Assembly: GCF_900232105.1 (NCBI RefSeq)
Contig: NZ_LT934425.1
Location: forward strand, 4,350,001-4,382,000
Direction: 5' to 3'
DNA from: Candidatus Kuenenia stuttgartensis
GTDB taxonomy: Bacteria; Planctomycetota; Brocadiia; Brocadiales; Brocadiaceae
DNA: 32,000 bases
Below are positions 7,916 to 16,853 of this stretch, piece by piece (within the stretch, counting starts at the first letter, position 1; every line of letters begins with the position of its first letter). Below the pieces are notes generated by a model, which worked only from the letters and a program-made list of their open reading frames with translations, was not told the DNA's origin and made no database searches. Both the position numbers and the translations under genes were made by a program.

Positions 7916-7937
7916 GGGGCGTATTGCAATACGCCCC
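7916..7937. repeat. 22-bp perfect palindrome GGGGCGTATTGCAATACGCCCC
   Basis: Read directly; flanked by GTA and CTGC as in other GTAGGGGCG-type palindromes in this window. Confidence 0.85.
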
Positions 7938-8061
7938 CTGCTTTCAGTCGATTAAAATATACCCTTCCTGATTAAATATTTCAAGCCTTCCCTTATTTTT
8001 CTTGACAGCCTATCTCATGAGTGAAATAATCACTTACCCCACCAAACTAAGATAATTATTT

Positions 8062-10629
8062 ATGGAGGATAAAGCACATAATAATGAACTTTTTAACGAA
8101 AATCTTTCATGTAATCACAATATTATGACAAATAAGATTATAGGGCAGGTAGAAAATGCCTTTATAAAAATAGGCTATAGCAAAAATCTGATACAGAAGG
8201 ATTATAAATACGTTGATTTATTTTCCTCATGTACGCCTATTCGTACGGTAAATTATGCGCTATTTGGCCAGGAACCTTTTGATTACCGTTCTGCCTGCTT
8301 TGGTATCCAAATAGCAGCACCCAATCGTTCTACAGATGATGTAGCAAATGAATTAAAATCGCTTGGAGCGCCTCAGATTTTTATCATTAACAACGGCAAA
8401 ACTGAACGATGGGCTATAACGGAAAGTGAACCTCTTCTTAAAGATAAGTATGAAACTGCCTGCCTGCCTAATGTCATTGCACAAAACTTGAGAGACTGGG
8501 AACCCCAAGCTATCATACGGGCAAAATCGGGATTTGCCCGACCGGGGCCCCGTCAGTTAGATTTTGTTGATATCGGATTACTTCCTGCCATAGACTACAA
8601 AGCTTCTCAAAAAATAGACCACTTGCTTCGGGCTGTACTTAATTATGCTGAAGAAGACTTTCATGAACGAGATTTACTATTTGATGCACCTGCGGTTTTT
8701 CAAGTTGTCTTTAGTCTTTTGGCTGCAAAAGTACTCAAAGATCGCAATATCTGCAATGCGAAAGGGATTGATTTTTCTATTCCACAAACGGCATTGCAGG
8801 CAATATATGAACATTACGGTTTTTCTTTAACTACACCGGCTTCAAAAATTCCAGAACTAACTCTTGAGTCAATATCACAAAAAATTGGGAAGATTTTCCC
8901 GCTGAATAATATATCAGTAGATACTCTTACATACATTTATGAAAATACATTTGTCTCTCAAAAAAGCCGTCAAGAACTTGGAATTCATAGTACCCCATCT
9001 TATGTTGCTGATTACATTCTTTCGCAAATTCCGATAGAGGATTTACAAAGAGAACAGTGGCACGTCACAGATCCTATGTGTGGGCATGGTATTTTTCTTA
9101 TTGCAGCAATGAGAAGAATGAAAAGCCTATTGCCAGGAGATTGGGACAGTAAACAACGGCATACATTTTTCATTAAACATTTACATGGAATAGAGATTGA
9201 CCCATTTTCCGTTGAAGTAGCCCGTATGTGCCTCATGTTAGCTGATTTTCCCGAATCAAATAGCTGGGATTTACAAAGACAAGATATATTTGCCGATAAT
9301 ATCCTCGAAAATAGTATGGCGAAAACTATGATACTTGTAGGCAACCCACCTTTTGAAAACATCAAGGGCAAAAGACCTGAAACCCCAAAACCAGCTGAGC
9401 TTTTACACAGAACGCTTCCGATTTTACCAAACAATGCATTAATTGGTTTGGTTTTACCACGTAGTTTTTTAGATGGTTCTGACTATAAAAACGAACGAAC
9501 TGCCTTGCTCAGTAACTTTAAAATAATTTCCGTTACGTGTCTTCCTGACCGTGTCTTTTTATATTCTGATATGGAAACTACAGTTATTGTTGCCAGAAAA
9601 CAGCAGGCACGAAAAAACTGGAATATGTTGTATAGAGAAGTTAGGGACAGCGAACGAGATGACTTTCAGATTCGACATGGTGTTACATGGGAAGACAATG
9701 TTCCACAATCTTACCTCAAAGACAAAATGCAAGGGCGTCTTGTTGTGCCATTGTTGCGTGAAATTTGGGAACGATTAGAAGGATATACACGTTTTGGTGA
9801 AATAGTTGATATAAGCATAGGCGTTCAATATAAACCAAATTTAGGAAAAGAAAGGTTATGTGAAATAATCCGTGATGTGCCTTTTCCTGGTTCAAAACCA
9901 GGCATTTCAAAAGTCACAAAAGGATTCATGCAATTCATTGCTGAAGATACAGTTTATATGTCGACAGACAAACAATATCGAAGATTTGAAACATCTACAG
10001 CTTGGGAACTACCGTGGGACAAACCAAAGGTTATAGTTCCTGCTTCGCGCATGTCCAGGGGACCGTGGCGATATGCAGCCGCATTAGACAAAAACGGTTG
10101 CATTGTAAGCCGAAGATTTTATAGCATTTGGCCAAAATCTAAAACCTTTGATGTTGCTATGTTAGCGACATTGCTGAATTCTCCAATTGCAGTAGCATTC
10201 ATTTATGCCCATAGCTTTCAAAAGGATATTCCAAAAAGAGTATACACCGATATACCTATTCCCGAAATATCCATTGATACTAAACAAATTATTGATTATC
10301 TCGTGAATCATTATTTAAAAGTGTTAAGGAAAGATGAGACAGAAGCCAAGAAAACATTACTTCAGATAGACGCTGAGATACTAAAACTATATAAACTTCC
10401 TCCACGATTGGAACGTCAACTTTTAGATATTTTTTGGGGTCACCAACGCCCTGTACCCTTTGAATTTAAAGGCTACATCTCCCCAGAAATCAATGCATGG
10501 ATTCCTCTTCATATTTACATATCAGAGCAATTTAATAATGCAACACCTGATAAAATTATGGAAAGAATTCCACTTATCCGTGATACTGAGTTTATAAATT
10601 ATCTTAAAAAACTGGGAACAGAAGAATAA
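8062..10629 (+). CDS. Adenine-specific DNA methyltransferase (type II/IIG-like N6-methylase), 855 aa
   Basis: Motif I-like DPMCGHGIFLIAAMRRM, motif IV GNPPFENIKG; long N- and C-terminal extensions. Confidence 0.85.
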   Translation: MEDKAHNNELFNENLSCNHNIMTNKIIGQVENAFIKIGYSKNLIQKDYKYVDLFSSCTPIRTVNYALFGQEPFDYRSACFGIQIAAPNRSTDDVANELKSLGAPQIFIINNGKTERWAITESEPLLKDKYETACLPNVIAQNLRDWEPQAIIRAKSGFARPGPRQLDFVDIGLLPAIDYKASQKIDHLLRAVLNYAEEDFHERDLLFDAPAVFQVVFSLLAAKVLKDRNICNAKGIDFSIPQTALQAIYEHYGFSLTTPASKIPELTLESISQKIGKIFPLNNISVDTLTYIYENTFVSQKSRQELGIHSTPSYVADYILSQIPIEDLQREQWHVTDPMCGHGIFLIAAMRRMKSLLPGDWDSKQRHTFFIKHLHGIEIDPFSVEVARMCLMLADFPESNSWDLQRQDIFADNILENSMAKTMILVGNPPFENIKGKRPETPKPAELLHRTLPILPNNALIGLVLPRSFLDGSDYKNERTALLSNFKIISVTCLPDRVFLYSDMETTVIVARKQQARKNWNMLYREVRDSERDDFQIRHGVTWEDNVPQSYLKDKMQGRLVVPLLREIWERLEGYTRFGEIVDISIGVQYKPNLGKERLCEIIRDVPFPGSKPGISKVTKGFMQFIAEDTVYMSTDKQYRRFETSTAWELPWDKPKVIVPASRMSRGPWRYAAALDKNGCIVSRRFYSIWPKSKTFDVAMLATLLNSPIAVAFIYAHSFQKDIPKRVYTDIPIPEISIDTKQIIDYLVNHYLKVLRKDETEAKKTLLQIDAEILKLYKLPPRLERQLLDIFWGHQRPVPFEFKGYISPEINAWIPLHIYISEQFNNATPDKIMERIPLIRDTEFINYLKKLGTEE

Positions 10630-11160
10630 GTGAAACAGGATTACTATCTTCTTGATACAAATATTCTTGGATATCTTGCTGAATTAAAAGTAGGCGGAAA
10701 TAGTCCTGAATGCAAAGCCTTAGAAAAACATTGGAATGGATTACCGCAACCACATAATACAAGAATTTTTTTATGTCCCATAACCATTGGCGAGGTCGAA
10801 TATGGGCTTCGTGTCAGGTCTTATAATAGACCGGAACAGCATGAGCAAGCGCGTCAAATATTATCTTCATTTCCTGCTTTTGACATAAATATCAATATAG
10901 CACGTGACTGCTATGCCGACCTGCGTGCAAAACTCTTCGATAAATATGCCCCAAGAGATCGAAAAGGAAAAAGTTGTAAAAAGAGGATAAGAGAATGGCG
11001 TGATCCTACTACTGATAAGGAATTGCAAATGGATGAGAATGATCTTTGGATTGCTGCTGTAGCAATGGCGCACAATCTTGTGCTTGTGACCCACGATAAA
11101 ATGAATGCAATAAAAAGCATAACAAGTTCGGATTTACGATTTGAAGATTGGCTAACGTAA
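10630..11160 (+). CDS. PIN-domain (VapC-like) ribonuclease/nuclease, 176 aa
   Basis: LLDTNILGYLAEL, ITIGEVEYG, MDENDLWIAAVAMAH, LVTHDKM acidic motifs; starts directly after the methylase stop codon. Confidence 0.8.
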   Translation: MKQDYYLLDTNILGYLAELKVGGNSPECKALEKHWNGLPQPHNTRIFLCPITIGEVEYGLRVRSYNRPEQHEQARQILSSFPAFDININIARDCYADLRAKLFDKYAPRDRKGKSCKKRIREWRDPTTDKELQMDENDLWIAAVAMAHNLVLVTHDKMNAIKSITSSDLRFEDWLT

Positions 11161-11337
11161 CGGTTATTGAAAGATTATCCTCCCTCTCCCAGAAATGCCT
11201 TATACAGTAAGGCAGGTGTGAATGCTGCTAATTCTGACTCTGTCTCATCCAGTAATCTTCTGCGTTTTTCTGCTTTTAATTTGCCAATAGCGCTATATAC
11301 TACTATCCATCAATTTCTTGTTTTTTATGCGTGTTTT

Positions 11338-12894
11338 TCATGCCGCCATTTCCGTAAGTGCTTTAATATCAAGGGCTGAAGCGGTCATCAGTGAACAAGA
11401 GAACTTCTGGCCTTTCTCCGTCAAAACATAGCGGTTGGCCCTCGGAACTTTGCGGATTAGACCGTGTGCCCGCAGCATCTTTATCCGTCGGGTCGTTCGT
11501 CCGGAATATTTCTTTTGCTGATCCTTGCCGGATTGTTCGGATTCCCGGTAAAGCCACTTACGCAAATCATGGTTGCGGAATCCATTTATCGCGTTTTCGC
11601 CTTTGGACAGGAACATCAGCATCTGGTAATCATCCTGCTGCCAGGGATTCAAACCTCGATACCTCTTGCCCTCTTTGACAACCTTGTTACAAGCGCTGCT
11701 CACCACTTCTTTCAGTTTCTCCTCTACCTGAGCCGCCGCCAAAGCATCCCCATAACGATCATTGCATTGTTGGCTCACCTCACACCGTCGATGAAGATCG
11801 CTTACGCCCTTACGCATCTTCTGCCATGACGCCGGTTTGCCTTCATCATCATTGGGACTCCGAAAGACCTTAAAGTCCCGCGTATTATTGATCGTTGTCT
11901 CAATACGCAAGAGACTACCGCTCTTGTTATACATCTTCACTGAATTATAATTCACACTGTGCTTGACCCGTATACCTTCATAGCGTCTTCGATAGTCGCT
12001 GATAACCTCATCAGGGGCAGCGCCTGCAAGGTTACGCCTACCCAAATACTTCATCACCGAAGAACTGTCGCAAACCCGCATCGCATGATGAACAAACGAT
12101 GGAAACAACTCCTCCAATGCCTCAACCGATTTAAACATGATGTCCGTCGCCCACTCCGTCTCATCCGCAGACCAGTAATACTCCGGTTCCAACGGACGAA
12201 GAATCTGCGACAATGCCGGGCAACTGCCCAACGCAAGCCCGTTCAGCAGCTTCGCCCAGTCAGTCTTAAGCTGCTCATGGAGCAGAACCTGCGCAGCCGC
12301 AATATCCTCTATACGCACAAAACAGTTGCCGTCCTTAACATAATCAATACCTTGCTTCTGAAGTTGCCGCTCCAGCCAATGACGACCATTGAGACAAATG
12401 AAAATATTAAACGGCGCCCAACTCTGGATACGAACATGACCAAAACCAAACACTGGATCGTTAAAATAATGATACACAAAGACACACTTGCGGGGCGCCA
12501 TTACCAACTCGAGCTTCTTGCTGGCCTTGTTGCCCTTGACCATCGGCGCAATACAAGGCTCTACCACACTCAACAGGCAGATGGAACCTTCCGTAATCCT
12601 CTTATCCGCCGCGATCTGGCGAGCCAACTTCTCCTTATCAACACCGCTGCTCATCAAATACCGCACCTCGATACCCAAATCTTTCGCCCGCGATTCACAA
12701 CTGTCTCGCACCTGTGCCGTAAGCCCATTGACCCAACCGGAAAAATCCTTAAGCAGAATTCTCGCTTGGTTCATGAATGTTCCCATCCCACGCTCACTGG
12801 CCAACCACCGCAATGTCCCGCGAAAACGAATCCTGTCCAGACCGCTTATTGCACCCACGATCCTGTCTCGATATAATTCCATCAACTTATTCAT
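11338..12894 (-). CDS. Conserved uncharacterised 518-aa protein
   Basis: Long ORF MNKLMELYRDRIVGAISGLDRIRFRGTLRWLASERG...MAPRKCVFVYHYFNDPVFGFGHVRIQSWAPFNIFICLNGRHWLERQLQ...RIETTINNTRDFKVFR..., with a winged-helix-like C-terminus (RTTRRIKMLRAHGLIRKVPRANRYVLTEKGQ). Confidence 0.85.
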   Translation of the reverse strand: MNKLMELYRDRIVGAISGLDRIRFRGTLRWLASERGMGTFMNQARILLKDFSGWVNGLTAQVRDSCESRAKDLGIEVRYLMSSGVDKEKLARQIAADKRITEGSICLLSVVEPCIAPMVKGNKASKKLELVMAPRKCVFVYHYFNDPVFGFGHVRIQSWAPFNIFICLNGRHWLERQLQKQGIDYVKDGNCFVRIEDIAAAQVLLHEQLKTDWAKLLNGLALGSCPALSQILRPLEPEYYWSADETEWATDIMFKSVEALEELFPSFVHHAMRVCDSSSVMKYLGRRNLAGAAPDEVISDYRRRYEGIRVKHSVNYNSVKMYNKSGSLLRIETTINNTRDFKVFRSPNDDEGKPASWQKMRKGVSDLHRRCEVSQQCNDRYGDALAAAQVEEKLKEVVSSACNKVVKEGKRYRGLNPWQQDDYQMLMFLSKGENAINGFRNHDLRKWLYRESEQSGKDQQKKYSGRTTRRIKMLRAHGLIRKVPRANRYVLTEKGQKFSCSLMTASALDIKALTEMAA

Positions 12895-13041
12895 AAGTAG
12901 TGTCCTCCAAATTGTCTGATTACTATTTACGAGGATACTACTATACTTTATAATAAACTAAAAATCACCTTTTTGGTTGCGGCCAAAGGCTGCGCTAGCG
13001 TGAGTTTATCACGAAATAAGGTGTAAGACAAAGACATCAAG

Positions 13042-13080
13042 TTGCAATCCAATGATTTGTATCGGGTTGCGACTTTTTTT
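13042..13080. terminator. Possible rho-independent-like hairpin inside the IS left end, upstream of its transposase gene
   Basis: GTTGCAATCC...GGGTTGCGAC (two G-U pairs) followed by a T tract. Confidence 0.45.
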
Positions 13081-13196
13081 GTCTAAAAAATTATGTATAC
13101 ACTGAATAATACTATATTTATATTGCATTATATGCCTGTATATACTATTATACACGGAGTATTAATCTATTACGTATACACTAACAACTAATAGCC

Positions 13197-14933
13197 ATGG
13201 CTACCATTCAATCTAAAAACTCCAGAGGTTATAAATATTGGTATATTGTCGAATCGCGGCGCGTTAACGGCAAGCCCAGGCCCATCGTCCTGGCCTATCT
13301 TGGCAAGGCAGACGATTTATTAAAACAACTGCAAGGTCTTACCGAAAAATTACGGCTCAAATCTTATTCACATGGCGCGGTAGCCGCATTGCTAAGTGTG
13401 GCCAATGCCCTGGACGTCCCTTCCGTGATTAATAAATATATAAAGTCGCCACGGCAGTATTGTGCTAAAAAACCTGTTCGAAATAATCTGACCGCCGGAA
13501 GTACCCTCTTGTTGGGTGCCGTGGGGAGAGTGTGTGTGCCTACCAGCAAAAGAGGATGGTGGGATTGGGCAAAGACGACTACTGCCGAATACTTACTCAG
13601 ACACAGCTTGAGTAAAATAGACAGTCAGCATTTCTGGGATTTGATGGATGCACTTCCTGAAGAATCCATTGCAGAAATCGAGCGCGAATTAATTGAAAAG
13701 ACATTTAAAACATACAACCTTCAAAGCGACACACTGTTTTTTGATACAACCAATTTTTTCACGTATATCGACACAACTAATCTGCGATGCACTATTGCCC
13801 GGCGGGGGAAAAACAAACAAAAGCGATACGATCTCAGGCAGGTCGGGTTGGCGATGGTCGTTACACGTAACGACATGATACCGTTGTTTCACCATACCTA
13901 TCAGGGGAACATGGCGGATGCAAAGGTGTTCAGCGCGGTTCTTGAGACGATAAAAGACAGGATGACCGGATTAGGTTTCGACAGCAAAAAGCACACTATT
14001 GTTTTTGATCGTGGAAACAATTCCATGGACAATATGGCTATTGTAGAGAGATTGGCATTGCATTACGTTGGAGCGCTTACACCGTATCATCACAAGCAGT
14101 TGGTAGGGGATGCCATGTGTAATTTCAGGGAATATGACGTTGACGGCAGTAAGATACAGGTGTACCATGACAAACGGGTTATTTGGGGGCAGGAAAGAAC
14201 CGTTGTCGTATTTATTTCCGAGAAATTAAAGGTTGGGCAATTAAGGGGAATGTCTCAGTCTCTGGAAAAGGCAGAACATCAGTTAAAGCTCTTACAGCAG
14301 CATCTGTGTAATCCAAAGGGAAAGATGCGGGACAAAGAGGGTCTGGAGGATACGATAAGAAGTGTAGTGAAATGTCAATTTGCGAAGGATGTTATCGATT
14401 GGTCGTTAAAAGAGGTATCTGAAGGCAAGTTTCAATTGAATTTTTCAATCGACCAGAAAAAGCTCGAAGAAATAGAAGGGGAACTGGGGTTCAGGATTCT
14501 TATGACAGACCATCACGATTGGGATACCGCGGACATTATAAAAGCCTACTATGGGCAATCAAAAATTGAACATGCCTTTAGAAATCTCAAGAACCCCTAT
14601 CACCTTGCTTTAAAACCGCAATTTCACTGGACGGATCAGAAAATCAGGGTGCATTTTTTTATTTGCGTCCTCGGATACCTAATGGCGGCGATTGTGTGGT
14701 ATCAGGCAAAAGCGCACGCACAATTTAGTGGAACGTTAGATACCCTGTTAGACACCCTTAATAATATAAGGCTTTCTGCTATGCTTGAAGAAACAAAGGC
14801 CAGAGGGAGAGTTAAGGCTACCTACAAATTGGAAGAAATGTCCGACAAGGAATCTCTGTTGATGAATGCGTTAGGCATTATGGATTTCCACAAACATCGG
14901 CTGAAACTTCAAGGACTCAGTGTATACAATTGA
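13197..14933 (+). CDS. IS1634-family-like transposase, 578 aa
   Basis: MATIQSKNSRGYKYWYIVESRRVNGKPRPIVLAYLGKADDLLKQL..., LFFDTTNFFTYIDT, HHTYQGNMADAKVF, YYGQSKIEHAFRNLKNPYHLALKPQFHWTDQKIRVHFFICVLGYLMAA. Confidence 0.85.
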   Translation: MATIQSKNSRGYKYWYIVESRRVNGKPRPIVLAYLGKADDLLKQLQGLTEKLRLKSYSHGAVAALLSVANALDVPSVINKYIKSPRQYCAKKPVRNNLTAGSTLLLGAVGRVCVPTSKRGWWDWAKTTTAEYLLRHSLSKIDSQHFWDLMDALPEESIAEIERELIEKTFKTYNLQSDTLFFDTTNFFTYIDTTNLRCTIARRGKNKQKRYDLRQVGLAMVVTRNDMIPLFHHTYQGNMADAKVFSAVLETIKDRMTGLGFDSKKHTIVFDRGNNSMDNMAIVERLALHYVGALTPYHHKQLVGDAMCNFREYDVDGSKIQVYHDKRVIWGQERTVVVFISEKLKVGQLRGMSQSLEKAEHQLKLLQQHLCNPKGKMRDKEGLEDTIRSVVKCQFAKDVIDWSLKEVSEGKFQLNFSIDQKKLEEIEGELGFRILMTDHHDWDTADIIKAYYGQSKIEHAFRNLKNPYHLALKPQFHWTDQKIRVHFFICVLGYLMAAIVWYQAKAHAQFSGTLDTLLDTLNNIRLSAMLEETKARGRVKATYKLEEMSDKESLLMNALGIMDFHKHRLKLQGLSVYN

Positions 14934-15040
14934 TGTTGTGCTTAACGCATTGACTGTATTTATGTTACGTTGCTTCATGCCTTATTTTGTGATAAACTCA
15001 CGCTAGGCATTTCATGGTTAAATTGCCAATATAAAACACG

Positions 15041-15065
15041 GGGTTCAAGTTGCAAACTTGAACCC
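15041..15065. terminator. Hairpin GGGTTCAAGT-TGCAA-ACTTGAACCC
   Basis: 10-bp perfect stem, 5-nt loop, just outside the IS right end. Confidence 0.55.
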
Positions 15066-15156
15066 GATTGAAGATCGACAATTAAGTATGATGTCCCCTG
15101 AATATAACACTTAAAATCAAGAATCTTCTGAATCTTAGGCAGATTCCCAAAATAAT

Positions 15157-16853
15157 TCATCCTTTCGCAAACGCCTCCCGTAAAACCGACTGCATCAGCA
15201 TTTCGGACTGTTCTTTGCGTTCGGATACTTGTTTTTCTAATTCACCAATCATGGCCATGAGTTTATCCACACGTTCAACAATGGCTTGTTGTTCAGCAAG
15301 TGGCGATAGAGAAACTATCAAATTTGAAAGAGATGTGCCATTAACATTTGGCTGTCCCGCGCCCCATGCCGCATCATACAACTGCTCCCAATATTCAGGA
15401 CTTTCAAGAAAATACTTTAGATACTCAGGGAAAATATTTTTTGAAGGAATAACCCTAATCAAATACGAAGCAAACAAAGACCTGACAGGGATATCTTTGA
15501 TAAGAAATGATTTCCCAATTGTGCCGCCTGTTCTCGCGATAACAATATCGTTTTCTGATAATATAGTCAAATAAATCTATTTTTCTAAAAACATTACAGG
15601 TAGGGGCGAAGCATTTGCCTGCATATAAGAGAGAGACGTAAAATGTTGTACATGCGCCAACTCCGCTATGTTGAAGGAGTTATACTGTACGCAGGCAAAT
15701 GCTTCGCCCCCACTTTTCAAAAAGCCAGATTACCGCTAAGTTTCTAAAACCAGATTTGTTTGACTATAGATAACTTTTTATGTCTCTTTCCGAATACGCA
15801 CAACCCGGTACTCCGTCCCAATCAACTCTGTTGTTTTGAATATCCGTTATCCTTAAAAGCCTCACGTCCTTCTTCTCCGGTCTTGCGGAAGCATTAAATC
15901 CATAGTGAACATTTAAGCTTACATCCTTCAGCCGACACCCACACCCACCCCTCAGGCAGGTCAAACGGTTTTTCTTCTTCACTGATGGGCGGCAGTGCTT
16001 TTTTCTTCTTCATGCTCTTTGTGAGCTTTGTTAGACGCCCTTTTTCGACCTTAATCTTCTCAAGCAGTTTCGAGGCGTGATTCTCTCCGCTGATAAGATC
16101 GGGATGCTGTTTGCGCCATTTAGCCGTCAGCTTGCCTTCGATTGCTTCCTGTAATATTCTTCGGCGGAGTTGTTTGATGAGAGAGATTTGGTGGGCTGAT
16201 TCTAAGTCTTGATCTGCTGAAAGTTCTGATATTGTTTTCAGTTTTTGGCAAATTCTACTTTGTGTCAGAATACCATATTGTGGAATTTTAAAATTTAAAA
16301 AATCCTTTTCTTTAAATCTTTTTCGGCTAACACTCGACATGCCACCACTAAGATTATTTATAGCTGTAATATTTTCGGGCAAAAGTATGCCACTAAGAAG
16401 GAATTCAGGAAGCAATTTACTCTCAACACAAGTAAAAAGTGGAAATTCATTTGATACCAGACAGCCATCAAATTCATCTGGAATAACTGCAAAAGAACTT
16501 TTCCATGCAAAAAGACGATTGTAGATAAAATCTCTCTGTTTAACTTCATATAGCTTAGTTGCTTTTATTTCATTTCCATATTTTTCCTCTCGCAGAAAAA
16601 CACCTTTTCCATACCACTTTACTCCAAGAAGCCTGTATTTTGTATTTGGATCCAGTCTTTTCTCTCGTGAGACCTCTTTTAAAACGTCTCCAATCCTTAC
16701 CATATTCCACTCACCCATCTTCCCGCCTCTTTTTCTTCTGGATGCGTTTAGTTGCTTTCTGCTCAATCGCTTTTGTCGCACGATCAAAATCAGAAATATA
16801 GTCTTTGTCTCGGTCTTTTTTGTACTTTTTAAATTCGCTTTCAGCCTTTTCAA
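15157..16853 (-). pseudogene. hsdS: Type I restriction-modification specificity subunit (hsdS), broken by a frameshift and a MITE
   Basis: Minus-strand fragments: 15894..16853 (...EEEKPFDLPEGWVWV), 15764..15982 (RLKDVSLNVHYGFNASARPEKKDVRLLRITDIQNNRVDWDGVPGCAYSERDIKSYL) and 15157..15570 (LSENDIVIARTGGTIGKSFLI...LSPLAEQQAIVERVDKLMAMIGELEKQVSERKEQSEMLMQSVLREAFAKG). Confidence 0.9.
15564..15767. mobile_element. 204-bp MITE (TA target duplication) inserted in hsdS
   Basis: Terminal inverted repeats TAGTCAAATAAATCTATTTTTCTAAAAA / RC TAGTCAAACAAATCTGGTTTTAGAAAC; TA at 15562-15563 and 15768-15769; removal restores ...RDIKSYLLSENDIVIARTG... in frame. Confidence 0.85.

Larger units (their letters stand above)
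12994..15006 (+). mobile_element. Second, different IS1634-like insertion sequence (~2.0 kb)
   Basis: 27-bp inverted ends CTAGCGTGAGTTTATCACGAAATAAGG (12994-13020) and CCTTATTTTGTGATAAACTCACGCTAG (14980-15006), 1 mismatch, around a transposase ORF. CTAG at the outer edge could be a target duplication or part of the TIR. Confidence 0.8.

Noticed and set aside
8645-9910. Short ORFs overlapping the methylase gene on both strands
   Set aside because: Embedded in a convincing 855-aa coding frame.
11959-12919. Plus-strand ORFs of 305 and 143 aa
   Set aside because: Antisense to the 518-aa ORF, whose translation has coherent motifs; the antisense ones look like shadow ORFs.
14975-15160. 61-aa minus-strand ORF between the IS end and hsdS
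   Set aside because: Spans the IS terminus and the intergenic hairpin; composition not protein-like.
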